This document shows positions 18,137 through 27,667 of a stretch of 64,000 nt of DNA, piece by piece. The notes below the pieces were generated by a model, which did no database searches, was not told the DNA's origin, and worked only from the letters and a program-made list of their open reading frames with translations. A program made the translations under genes and the position numbers. The DNA is from an uncultured bacterium. GTDB lineage: Bacteria; Fidelibacterota; Marinisomatia; Marinisomatales; JABMOV01. Within the stretch, counting starts at the first letter, position 1. Every line of letters starts with the position of its first letter. The stretch covers positions 622 through 64,621 of the forward strand of contig CAYFMT010000016.1 of NCBI GenBank assembly GCA_964344305.1, given 5' to 3'.

Positions 18137-21100
18137 CTATTTGAAGTCCACCCTGATAAAGAAGTTGAATTCACGTGGATTACTATACATCCAAGGATTG
18201 TCATAAAATGAACCTGATTTATCAACTTTCTCTGCAGGTAATCCTACTGCATCAGTATAATATTCTCCAGGATCATCTGCCGTACCAGTAAGTGCATAAA
18301 CATCCAATTCATTTCTAATATCAAATGCATTGAAGATGTTCAGACCCATGGACACCTTGAAATCATTCACTATAATGCCTTTCTGGAACATTATATTCGC
18401 CTGTTTAAATGCAGGGGATCTTTTGGTATTTATGTTCTTTTTATCCTCTTCTGGTTTATTACCATTCCAGATAATGGGAGTATAAGGATATCCTGATTGG
18501 TAAAATAGATTCATCCCTGCCGAAACACCAAAAGGAAGAAAAGTATAAAATGAAGCAGCGAAGTCATGTGTTCTATCATATGGCATAAGAAATTCATAGC
18601 TGGGTGCTCCCTTATATTCTTCTCCTAAACTCTTGAAATCATATGCGCTATTTCCTTTTGCAGTGGAATAGGTGTATTGAATCATGGCATGAACAAGCTG
18701 ACCACGGTTTTGAAGTGTAAAGTCGATTCCTTTCGCGCTTCCATAATCCTGGTTGTCAGCCACCTGATAATCATACACGCCGGATCGGCTGTATTTATAC
18801 GTTACCATCTGATCCATGTTTTTTACCCATCCCATGAGTGAAAAGGCCCAGTGACGGGTAAATTGAACATTAAATCCAAATTCATAGGATTGGTTTCTGG
18901 ATGCATTCATGGTTGGATTTCCAAGAGCTCCACCGCTTTCTTCAAACAACGCTTCTGGATCCTGGAGCCTGTTTGTATTTAAAAAGACATTCTGATATAC
19001 TGGAGTCTGATAATAGAGACCATAACTGAATACGAATGTAGATTTATCTGTGATAACATGACTGATACCCAGTCGAGGACTGATCTTATAAAACCACTGG
19101 GATTCATGCATGAACACACGTTCATGGGCAAATCCTGGATTATCGTTCACCGGCTCACCAGAATCCCATTTTCCATTCTGATTTACATCCGAATAGTACC
19201 AAGGCTTATCTGGGGAAAGTCCACCGGTGGAATCAGACCAGATATTGGTGTTATAGTTCACAGCATCCAGTCGAATACCTGCATTCACCACCATCCAGGG
19301 CACTTCGTAGGTGTTCTGAAGATAAATACTAACTTCTTCCGGCTCACGGAAATCATCCCACTTATCATTGCCATTGGCATCCTCAAAATCTTCACCCTTG
19401 TCCCATTGACCATTACTTTCACCAAAATCCGGTCCCTCATATTCTTCATCTGTAGGCAGCAATCCGTCAGGACCTGTGTCTTCCCAATATTCCGCAAAGG
19501 ATTGGACAATGGCTCCATCTGTTCCAAGCCAGGGATTGGTTACTTCGTAGAAATTCAGCTTATGCGATTTGTAATCAAATCCGGTACGCAACCGCCATTC
19601 ATCCGTCATCTGACTTGTTACATCGATTCGGATCTCATTTGTAACGGCACGCGATGTACCATAAAACCTGTCATGACCACCAAAGGCACGACCTTCATCC
19701 CATGATTCACCAAAGCTGGGCATATAGTAGTATGGATTATTCGCCCTGCCGTCGTATCGAGGTCCAAATTGGGCTCCCAGTCCCCAGCCCCACCACGGGT
19801 CTTGTTCATATTGAAGATCAATATGGTGATAATCAAAAAATTTATTCTCGTCATATTCATACATGGAAGGGAACAGCCAGTAGCTTCCATCCCTGTAATA
19901 GGCTTCCTCAACAAACTCTGGACCATCCCATTTGCCATTGCCATTTTGATCATGGTTTGAGTTGAAGCCATCTACACCTACATCAAAAACACCGTTACCA
20001 TCTCTATCATCGAAATCTTCTGCAACTTCCCAGTTATAAATACCTGGAGTGGCACCATAATACCAGCCGGAATTGTCATCCCTGCGCGTGTAGTAAAGTG
20101 TATCACCATTTTGAGAGGTTGTATACGGCACCACGTATGGATTGTATGGATCAGAAATACTTTTGTTCGGACCGGCAGGATATCGCCATTCGTACCAATC
20201 AGGATACCCATCCGAATCGCTGTCTTCCCAGCGAACGCCCTGGAACTGGTCCTGTGTAAACTGGGATAATCTTAGTGTATAAAATAATCGCTTTGTGAGG
20301 GATTGGTTCATCTCAAATGTGTATCGGCGTGTATCACGGAACAGCTCATTTTGTCCATTGTCCCAATAGAGGAACTGGGTCTTAAAGCCTTTCCTGTGGG
20401 CATTCACATCCCAGAAGGATACATTGAATCGTAAGGTGTTTGAATGGCGATAGGCTAATTTTGCAAACACATCGTAAGTTTTGTCAAAACCAAATCCACG
20501 GAATCCCTTTACATTATCCCATGGCTGTACCAGGTTTTCCCTGTTAATGGTATTTGCCGGGTCTTCAGGATTATTTTCGTATGCAATGTCATCAAATTCC
20601 AGTACACGATAGTTTTCACGGTCTGTCCATTGGCCAGAGAACCAGTACGTCAGTTTGTCGAAAAACGGTATTGGTCCACCCAACCCAAGGGTATAGTCGT
20701 TGTATCCACGAAGCTCATCATACTTGTTGCCCAGACCTGCACCCACCATGCTTGTTTCGTACTTGAACTTGTACCGGAAATCTTTTGACCCGGTGGCCGT
20801 GTGCATATTAGAAACAGCGGACATGGCATCACCATACTCAGCGTTGAATCCTCCAGGTTGCCAGTCAAATTCTGCCACGGCAAATAGATTTAAGCGTGTC
20901 CCATTGCCAATACCTCCAAAAATGGGATTTCGTATATACAATCCATCGATCATGTACGCAATCTCACCGGCACGACCTCCGCGGACATGGACTTCTTCCA
21001 GGCCACGTTCTTCATGGTCCGGGATACCGGTTGTCATACTCTCAACACGGACTACACCGGATTGAAGGGAGTACAATTCTGTCAAATCCCTGATTGGAAG

Positions 21101-21520
21101 CGCCTCGATGGCTTCCTGGTCCACAGTGATCTTTTTTGCCGTGTTCCCTTTTTCAACCAGTTCTTTTTGTCCTTCAACAATGATTTCATCACCTTCAATG
21201 GCTGCTATGGGAAGTTTGAAATTCAACCAGACTGTCTTGTCCATGATCACATCAACATCTGTCCGGGTCTGGGACTGGTATCCAATCATCATGACCCTTA
21301 CATCATAATTACCCACAGGAATATTGATAATTATGTAATTGCCATCCAGATCTGCAACAGCTCCCATTCCAAGCGCAGGCAGGTACACCTGAGCACCGGG
21401 GAGCGGATCGCCTTCAATGTCTGTTATTCGACCTCTGATGGTACCATCTGTCCCGGCAAGCGCTATTCCAGTCAAAGTCAGTAAAAGTAGTGGAAGTATA
21501 AATCGTTTCATGTTCTGCAT
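18137..21520 (-). CDS. oversized TonB-dependent-receptor-type outer-membrane protein (CarboxypepD_reg-like domain + plug + barrel) with acidic repeat insertions
   Basis: Signal peptide, then GTIRGRITDIEGDPLPGAQVY...GNYDVRVMMIGYQ (carboxypeptidase-regulatory-like fold). DEIIVEG and a plug-like region follow, then a long beta-rich C-terminal region. Inserted D/N/G/W-rich repeats include DQNGNGKWDGPE, ESNGQWDKGEDFEDANGNDKWDD and DVNQNGKWDSGEP. Confidence 0.8.
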   Translation of the reverse strand: MQNMKRFILPLLLLTLTGIALAGTDGTIRGRITDIEGDPLPGAQVYLPALGMGAVADLDGNYIIINIPVGNYDVRVMMIGYQSQTRTDVDVIMDKTVWLNFKLPIAAIEGDEIIVEGQKELVEKGNTAKKITVDQEAIEALPIRDLTELYSLQSGVVRVESMTTGIPDHEERGLEEVHVRGGRAGEIAYMIDGLYIRNPIFGGIGNGTRLNLFAVAEFDWQPGGFNAEYGDAMSAVSNMHTATGSKDFRYKFKYETSMVGAGLGNKYDELRGYNDYTLGLGGPIPFFDKLTYWFSGQWTDRENYRVLEFDDIAYENNPEDPANTINRENLVQPWDNVKGFRGFGFDKTYDVFAKLAYRHSNTLRFNVSFWDVNAHRKGFKTQFLYWDNGQNELFRDTRRYTFEMNQSLTKRLFYTLRLSQFTQDQFQGVRWEDSDSDGYPDWYEWRYPAGPNKSISDPYNPYVVPYTTSQNGDTLYYTRRDDNSGWYYGATPGIYNWEVAEDFDDRDGNGVFDVGVDGFNSNHDQNGNGKWDGPEFVEEAYYRDGSYWLFPSMYEYDENKFFDYHHIDLQYEQDPWWGWGLGAQFGPRYDGRANNPYYYMPSFGESWDEGRAFGGHDRFYGTSRAVTNEIRIDVTSQMTDEWRLRTGFDYKSHKLNFYEVTNPWLGTDGAIVQSFAEYWEDTGPDGLLPTDEEYEGPDFGESNGQWDKGEDFEDANGNDKWDDFREPEEVSIYLQNTYEVPWMVVNAGIRLDAVNYNTNIWSDSTGGLSPDKPWYYSDVNQNGKWDSGEPVNDNPGFAHERVFMHESQWFYKISPRLGISHVITDKSTFVFSYGLYYQTPVYQNVFLNTNRLQDPEALFEESGGALGNPTMNASRNQSYEFGFNVQFTRHWAFSLMGWVKNMDQMVTYKYSRSGVYDYQVADNQDYGSAKGIDFTLQNRGQLVHAMIQYTYSTAKGNSAYDFKSLGEEYKGAPSYEFLMPYDRTHDFAASFYTFLPFGVSAGMNLFYQSGYPYTPIIWNGNKPEEDKKNINTKRSPAFKQANIMFQKGIIVNDFKVSMGLNIFNAFDIRNELDVYALTGTADDPGEYYTDAVGLPAEKVDKSGSFYDNPWMYSNPREFNFFIRVDFK

Positions 21521-21525
21521 AGACC

Positions 21526-23625
21526 TTATTCCTCAGGTATCATCACACGTTGAAAACCAAATACATGGTTTATCTTATAAGGATCATTTTCAAATTCAGG
21601 CAGGGATTGAAAATCCTGCAATTTCTTTACATGCCTGTCAGTCAGGAAGCGTCCCAGCCTTCCGCTGTTACCTGTTCTCGTAAACTTGCCCAACTCCCAT
21701 TTAGAGATACCGTACCATACTTCATCCTCCCGTTCAAATGGATCGATCCAGTTTTCTAGAGGAAGAGGCTCGGTCCATCGGATGAGTAACTCATCGCGCA
21801 CGATTCCCATATCCCTGGCAAGCCATGTTATATCCCTTGAACCAAATTCAACACCGGTTCCAACCAGAGTCATGGTTAACGTTCGTGTCACCTTGAAGCA
21901 GTCAAAGAATGTTGTATCTGCAGCAGGACATTCAGACGGGTCAGTCACTGCAAGATCTTCGTCTCCATAGCATACCGTGGTACCATTATCATCATAATAA
22001 CGCTTTAACTTTGCCGGACTGGCGACGGTGTCTGCTTCCACCATGAAAGATTTTTCAATCTTGTAGATGGCCACAGAGGTGGTATCAAAATATTCCTCCT
22101 CGATAATCTCCCCATCTCGAAGCTGTCCATTCACTGTAAAGTAAATCACTTCATCCACAATATCATTTGATGCCCAGAAATCAAGTATAAACCCATCTGG
22201 GACAAAATAGGTTGGATGCGTCAACTGATAGATATGTTCGTTTTCCTTAAACAAGAGGTAATCGTAATACCGCTCACCTGTAAAAGTAGTCCAGTCCGTT
22301 TTGGTAATAAAATAGTCACCGCCACTGTTGGAGGGAACATGTTCAATTACTTGGTTAGTGTAGAGTGTCACGAGGGAATCCATGTCATCCACGGTACGAT
22401 CCTGCACATCATCCACCGTTACTGTCTCAATGATTTCTGCATGAGAATTGCCCCATCTGTCAATGATTGAATCTCCCGGTTCAACATGAGCCATAACATT
22501 GGGATTATTCAGGTCTTCCCATGAAACGAGTAGATTGTCCGGTTTCTGAGTCAGGATATATAATTCATTGGATTGTGCTACACCGTCCTCATTCTCATCT
22601 GTAAACTGCTCGGCCGATGAAGATAACCCGTATCCTGTATCGTTAAATGGCTCACCCAGATCATAGACACCATTTCCTTCAAGAGTATCAGCCGTATTGG
22701 GCAATCCATCGAGACCATAATCAAAAAAGTATTCAGCCGTATCCCGTACCCCGTTGCAGTTTCTATCCTGGAAAGGTTCATCGATCTGGTATCCGGGAGT
22801 TCCATTATAATCCAGGAATGCTTCCGCCGGATCCCAGACACCGTTGCCATTATCCATATAGCCTGCATCATCCCATTGACCGTTGTCGTTACAGTCCGTG
22901 CTCAACCTGTGCATGAGCAATTCGCTATTCAATTGTGTTCTTACGGTCTGGAATGTATGGGTGAACGGAATGGTGGAGCTTGTATAGGAATAAGTAGTAT
23001 CCACCCACTCAGACTGATCCACAAACATGATTCCGGATGAAATCAGAGGAGTATCCACAACGGCCTGGTAGGACCGTGAAAGAAGTGTATCAGAATAATG
23101 TACCACAACGGATTGCACACCACCATTGGCTGTTTGCACTTCGTAGCGCATATCTTCCACTTCTATTCCCGGTTCATTATGATTCCAATTGAGAGCTGTG
23201 ATATTGGTATACTGCTGGGACATGATCTCAATGGAATCCTGTAGAATCATTTGCACATCGGGGAGTGTATCAATGCTGCTCCTCTGGGTATAAGCAACAT
23301 CGGATGGTTCAATTTCTGCGAGATATTCAGGGAAATTCTTCAATGTAAGGATAGGGGGTTCCTGTCCAAAGAGTGAAAGATATTCAGGATAGGGTAAATT
23401 ATAGTTTGTGTTATCGAAAATATAAAATTCGGCATTGATGTTGTCAGCAAAGTTGTAGAAATAGGAAGAAATGTTCCCTTCCTTTCCATTCCCAACGGAT
23501 GATTCATTCAATGTATTGGTTAATTCTTCTGTTTCGTCGGTGTTTTCAACCGATTCTTCACAGGCAAAAGAGGTGAATAAAATCACCATTGCAATTGATA
23601 GTGTCTGTAATAATTTCCGAGGCAT
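21526..23625 (-). CDS. lipoprotein of unknown function with acidic NG.WD-type putative Ca-binding repeats
   Basis: The lipobox-type signal MPRKLLQTLSIAMVILFTSFAC sets the start at 23625. Repeats are DCNDNGQWDDAGYMDNGNGVWDPAEAF, DRNCNGVRDTAEYF and EGNGVYDLGEPF. It lies 5 nt upstream of the TonB-type barrel gene. Confidence 0.7.
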   Translation of the reverse strand: MPRKLLQTLSIAMVILFTSFACEESVENTDETEELTNTLNESSVGNGKEGNISSYFYNFADNINAEFYIFDNTNYNLPYPEYLSLFGQEPPILTLKNFPEYLAEIEPSDVAYTQRSSIDTLPDVQMILQDSIEIMSQQYTNITALNWNHNEPGIEVEDMRYEVQTANGGVQSVVVHYSDTLLSRSYQAVVDTPLISSGIMFVDQSEWVDTTYSYTSSTIPFTHTFQTVRTQLNSELLMHRLSTDCNDNGQWDDAGYMDNGNGVWDPAEAFLDYNGTPGYQIDEPFQDRNCNGVRDTAEYFFDYGLDGLPNTADTLEGNGVYDLGEPFNDTGYGLSSSAEQFTDENEDGVAQSNELYILTQKPDNLLVSWEDLNNPNVMAHVEPGDSIIDRWGNSHAEIIETVTVDDVQDRTVDDMDSLVTLYTNQVIEHVPSNSGGDYFITKTDWTTFTGERYYDYLLFKENEHIYQLTHPTYFVPDGFILDFWASNDIVDEVIYFTVNGQLRDGEIIEEEYFDTTSVAIYKIEKSFMVEADTVASPAKLKRYYDDNGTTVCYGDEDLAVTDPSECPAADTTFFDCFKVTRTLTMTLVGTGVEFGSRDITWLARDMGIVRDELLIRWTEPLPLENWIDPFEREDEVWYGISKWELGKFTRTGNSGRLGRFLTDRHVKKLQDFQSLPEFENDPYKINHVFGFQRVMIPEE

Positions 23626-23700
23626 GATTTTTCGCAGATTTTTGAAAAAGAATGGCGAAAATATACACCTTAAGACGCCCTTAATGAACAGATTAATTTC

Positions 23701-26409
23701 ATGAACAACCATCTATCAACTCGAACTGTTGTCTTTGTGACACTTATTTTTTTTCACCTGCTATTTGCAGTGGATGCATCCCCTGAGCGAATTCAATTCG
23801 ATCAACCGGACGGTTCCACATTTTTTGGACATGTCCGTGGAGACGAATGGGCCGGCTGGCATGAATCAGATTTAGGCTTCCCAATCGTCAAGAATCAGGA
23901 TGGCTGGTGGGTCTACGCTTCTGGTGTAGATGGGAATCGATTGATCGGTTCTGGCAGTATTGTTCATGCAACAGATAATGCTGACAACCTGGCTGCAAGC
24001 GGATTTTCACCGTCCCTTCGTCCACAGCGCATTCATCCAATTGTGGATACACCGGTACCCAATCTCAATGCGGTGCGAAGTGACACATTTCTCGTTCCCC
24101 TGCTTTTGGTGAATTTCCCTGATTATCCAAATCAATACGGGGATGATACTTTTGATGATATCATGAATTCAGTTGATACCTATGGCCACCCTAATCATCC
24201 CGGTAGTGGAAGTTTTCGCGATTTTTATCATGAAATTTCTTATGACCAGTTTGATCCCATTTCTACGATTGATGGGTGGTATACCACTCAGCATAATCAT
24301 GATTATTACGGGTATTCAAATGGCTACGATCGTTTACTGCCCATGATTCGTGCACTGGTGGATTCTGCTGAAGCAAATGGTATGGACTGGTCCCAGTTTG
24401 ATAATGATGGTGATGGCACCGTGGATGCTCTGAATATAATTCATGCCGGTCCCGGGGCAGAACAGGGCGATCACAGCAACATCTGGTCCCATAAGTGGTC
24501 CCTTTCTGCTGCAGGGCTTCAGGTTCAATACGATGGTGTATGGATCAACAGTTATACCATGAACCCAGAAATCCAGAGCAATAACATTGTGGCCATCGGG
24601 GTTATTTGTCATGAATTTGGTCATGCATTAGGCCTGCCGGATCTTTATGACACGGATTATTCCTCTACCGGGTCAGGAAAACTGGCGCTTATGGCCAGTG
24701 GATCCTGGGGAACCGCAGGGAATACACCCTGGTATCCTTCTGCCATGAATGCCTGGTGTAAGGCAGAACTGGACTGGGTAGATGTCATGACACTTAACGT
24801 TGACCAGGCTGGTGTAGAGGTGGAACAATCTTATACATCCAATACAGTTTTTCAAGTTGACCATGTCACAGATGATTCAGAATACTGGCTTATCGAAAAT
24901 CGACAAAAAGTTGGTACAGATGTCAATATGCATCGTGCGGGTCTCCTTTTCTGGCATATTGATACAGAAAAAACATCCTCTGGATGGAGACCAAACAATG
25001 ATGAGCCTCATTACGGTGTGGGTCTTGAACAGGCCGACGGAATGTATCATTTAGAAAACAATGGTGGTAGTGATTCCGGTGATCCTTTCCCCGGGGCCAC
25101 AGACAATCGTTCATTCAGCTATAATACTGTTCCTGGAACAGAAAGCTATTATTTTAATCCCTCCATGATATCCATGGACAATATTTCCGACCCGGATTCT
25201 ATCATGACATTTGATCTGACATTTAACGAGTACCTGCTCGCTACCATAGGTGTTGAAAATGGCAGCGGTCCGGCAAATGGAATTGGTTCTTTTGAGCTTT
25301 CTCTGGAAAACGATATGGTCCTCAACATGATGGATTTCGAACTCAATTTTAATCCGGATATTTTCGATATTACGGACGTGGAAGCCATTGGTCGAGCTAC
25401 AGTGGACTCCATAACAGTTTCAGAAAATGTTTTTGAATTGCATAACCCACAAATTGCCATAGGAGACGGTGGGATTATCCGTGTTTTCGTCCAGACTAAT
25501 TCCGGTACAAGCGGATCTTCTGAAGTGTCCTTTGACTGGGTACATGCGGAAGATGATTCCGGGAATGGTATTGGATTCTATCTCGGAACAGGTACCTATA
25601 CTTACACGGCATTACCACAGGTTATCACTGTATCAAGTGATTCAGGAACAGCAGGCAGTTATGGTAAATACTCTGTTTCCCTTTCGAATCAGATACCGAT
25701 AAAGATGTTCCTCATGAACATTGATGATTCACCTGATTACCTCATTCCTTTTGCTGAAGTTTATGACGATAATAATGGGAATGGACAATGGGATGAAGGC
25801 GAATCCTTTCTTGATACCAATCAGGACAGTATGTGGACCCCATTACTGGAACCGACTGACCGAATGGCAGGATGGAATACGAATGTTTCCTATACAGCAA
25901 CGGGAATCCAGGTAGCCGCCAGCACCACTGGAGCTATGGATGTTGGAGACGGTCCCATCTTCTTCATCAACAATGTGATAGATGATAATGCCATTCCCGG
26001 TGATGTAACCATTATTGTTACTCCAACCGTCATGATTGATGAGTTTGGTAACTCGGAATTATCCATTGATGTTTCTCCTGGAGTGTTTACCGTTCTTCCA
26101 GCACTTGGGAATGATCACAGCATGACGTTGCCAGAAAAGGTCTCAGTGTCGTCGAATTATCCCAACCCGTTTAATCCCAGTACGTCCCTCGATTTTACGC
26201 TGCCTGAAGATTCACGTATCTCTGTAAAGATTTATGATATAACCGGCAAAATGATTTTTGACCATGAGGAATCCCATTCACCAGGTCGGTATCAATTTAC
26301 CTGGTATGGGAAAGATCGTGCAGGTAATGCGGTGTCCAGTGGCATATACTACTTGACATTTACCGCTGACGGTTTTCAGAAGACACAGAAAATCATGCTC
26401 TTGAAATAG
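23701..26409 (+). CDS. M6-family (immune inhibitor A-like) zinc metalloprotease with cohesin-like modules and a T9SS C-terminal sorting domain
   Basis: The HEXXH site is VICHEFGHALGLPDLYD, in the M6/InhA-like context (NIWSHKW...). The CTD is SNYPNPFNPSTSLDFTL...GIYYLTF...QKIMLLK. Confidence 0.85.
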   Translation: MNNHLSTRTVVFVTLIFFHLLFAVDASPERIQFDQPDGSTFFGHVRGDEWAGWHESDLGFPIVKNQDGWWVYASGVDGNRLIGSGSIVHATDNADNLAASGFSPSLRPQRIHPIVDTPVPNLNAVRSDTFLVPLLLVNFPDYPNQYGDDTFDDIMNSVDTYGHPNHPGSGSFRDFYHEISYDQFDPISTIDGWYTTQHNHDYYGYSNGYDRLLPMIRALVDSAEANGMDWSQFDNDGDGTVDALNIIHAGPGAEQGDHSNIWSHKWSLSAAGLQVQYDGVWINSYTMNPEIQSNNIVAIGVICHEFGHALGLPDLYDTDYSSTGSGKLALMASGSWGTAGNTPWYPSAMNAWCKAELDWVDVMTLNVDQAGVEVEQSYTSNTVFQVDHVTDDSEYWLIENRQKVGTDVNMHRAGLLFWHIDTEKTSSGWRPNNDEPHYGVGLEQADGMYHLENNGGSDSGDPFPGATDNRSFSYNTVPGTESYYFNPSMISMDNISDPDSIMTFDLTFNEYLLATIGVENGSGPANGIGSFELSLENDMVLNMMDFELNFNPDIFDITDVEAIGRATVDSITVSENVFELHNPQIAIGDGGIIRVFVQTNSGTSGSSEVSFDWVHAEDDSGNGIGFYLGTGTYTYTALPQVITVSSDSGTAGSYGKYSVSLSNQIPIKMFLMNIDDSPDYLIPFAEVYDDNNGNGQWDEGESFLDTNQDSMWTPLLEPTDRMAGWNTNVSYTATGIQVAASTTGAMDVGDGPIFFINNVIDDNAIPGDVTIIVTPTVMIDEFGNSELSIDVSPGVFTVLPALGNDHSMTLPEKVSVSSNYPNPFNPSTSLDFTLPEDSRISVKIYDITGKMIFDHEESHSPGRYQFTWYGKDRAGNAVSSGIYYLTFTADGFQKTQKIMLLK

Positions 26410-26413
26410 TCGA

Positions 26414-27649
26414 TTGGATATCCTCAAATCTATTTTGACGGAGACCTGGCTTGTATTATGCCAGATGTCTCCCTACCTTCTTTTTGGGTTTCTTGTTGCT
26501 GGCATTTTATCGGTATATATTAAACCGGAGTGGGTTGAGAGGCATTTAAGCGGTTCGGGTATGATACCTGCCTTTAAGGCCGCCATCTTCGGTGTGCCAC
26601 TTCCGTTATGCTCCTGTGGGGTTATCCCTGTATCTACCGGAATTTATCGCCATGGAGCAAGCAAGTCAGCCACCACCTCATTTCTACTTTCTACACCACA
26701 AACTGGAGTGGACTCCATACTGGTTACCTATGGAATGCTTGGTCCCTTTATTGCGATCATTCGACCCATCATAGCACTCATCACAGGTGTAATCGGGGGA
26801 ATATTGGTTCAGCTATTTGAAAAGGAAAGCAATGAACCTAAGCAAAAGGTGTTATCCACCGTGCCAAAATCCTCCAATGGAAAATTGAAGCAGTTGATTC
26901 AATACGGGTTTGTGACACTACCCGGGGATATTGGCAATGCGCTTATTGTGGGGATTATAATTGCAGGAGCGATTGGAGCTCTTGTTCCACCGGATTATCT
27001 GGGAGGGATCATTGGCGGGGGTATTTTATCAATTATCATTCTCATGGCAGCCGGTGTTCCTGTCTATGTATGTGCTACTGCATCCGTTCCCATTGCTGCG
27101 GGGTTCATTCACATGGGAGCCTCTCCCGGTGCGGCCCTGGCTTTTCTCATAGCAGGACCTGCCACCAATGCAGCAACGTTTATGACCATTTATAAAGTTC
27201 TTGGAAAAACCACAGCAGCCATTTACATCGCTGTGGTGGCCATCAGTGCAGTTGTAAGCGGAATGTTCCTCAACTGGATTGGTCCACACATTTCACATGT
27301 TATGCCAGCAAGCCACCATTTGCATGGAATTGAGCATCTATCACCCATCGCCAAACTCAGTGGAATACTCGTTGTGTTAATAGTTATCTATGCCACATAT
27401 TTGAGTGGAAAGAAGGAAGAACCAAATATGGAAAAAACATCATCTACCACAACTCTTCGTGTGACAGGGATGACCTGTAGTCATTGTGAATCCAACGTCG
27501 AAAAAATTATCCTGGAAGATTCTGGTGTTGAAAATGTCATCGTTTCGAAAGACTCAAACCAGGCGATCATTACCGGACAGCCAGCGAACCTGGATGTCAT
27601 CATTGAGGGGATTAATTCTTCAGGTTATGAAGCAGAACTGACGACATAG
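26414..27649 (+). CDS. SO_0444-type putative Cu/Zn efflux permease fused to a C-terminal heavy-metal-associated (HMA) domain
   Basis: A multi-TM permease with the PLPLCSCGVIP motif. The C-terminal LRVTGMTCSHCESNVEKI is an HMA fold. The apparent start is TTG at 26414; an alternative ATG is at 26464. Confidence 0.75.
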   Translation: MDILKSILTETWLVLCQMSPYLLFGFLVAGILSVYIKPEWVERHLSGSGMIPAFKAAIFGVPLPLCSCGVIPVSTGIYRHGASKSATTSFLLSTPQTGVDSILVTYGMLGPFIAIIRPIIALITGVIGGILVQLFEKESNEPKQKVLSTVPKSSNGKLKQLIQYGFVTLPGDIGNALIVGIIIAGAIGALVPPDYLGGIIGGGILSIIILMAAGVPVYVCATASVPIAAGFIHMGASPGAALAFLIAGPATNAATFMTIYKVLGKTTAAIYIAVVAISAVVSGMFLNWIGPHISHVMPASHHLHGIEHLSPIAKLSGILVVLIVIYATYLSGKKEEPNMEKTSSTTTLRVTGMTCSHCESNVEKIILEDSGVENVIVSKDSNQAIITGQPANLDVIIEGINSSGYEAELTT

Positions 27650-27667
27650 CCAGCGATTTTCTTCAGA

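Noticed and set aside
19058-19705. Long antisense ORFs opposite real genes. Examples are 19058-19705 (215 aa), 15681-16202, 16917-17390, 20987-21484, 45957-46355, 46818-47282, 49536-50048, 51580-52059 and 52400-52879.
   Set aside because: Each lies fully inside a much longer ORF on the other strand that has clear family motifs. Their translations are low-complexity, Cys/His/Arg-rich and motif-free. These are typical shadow ORFs.
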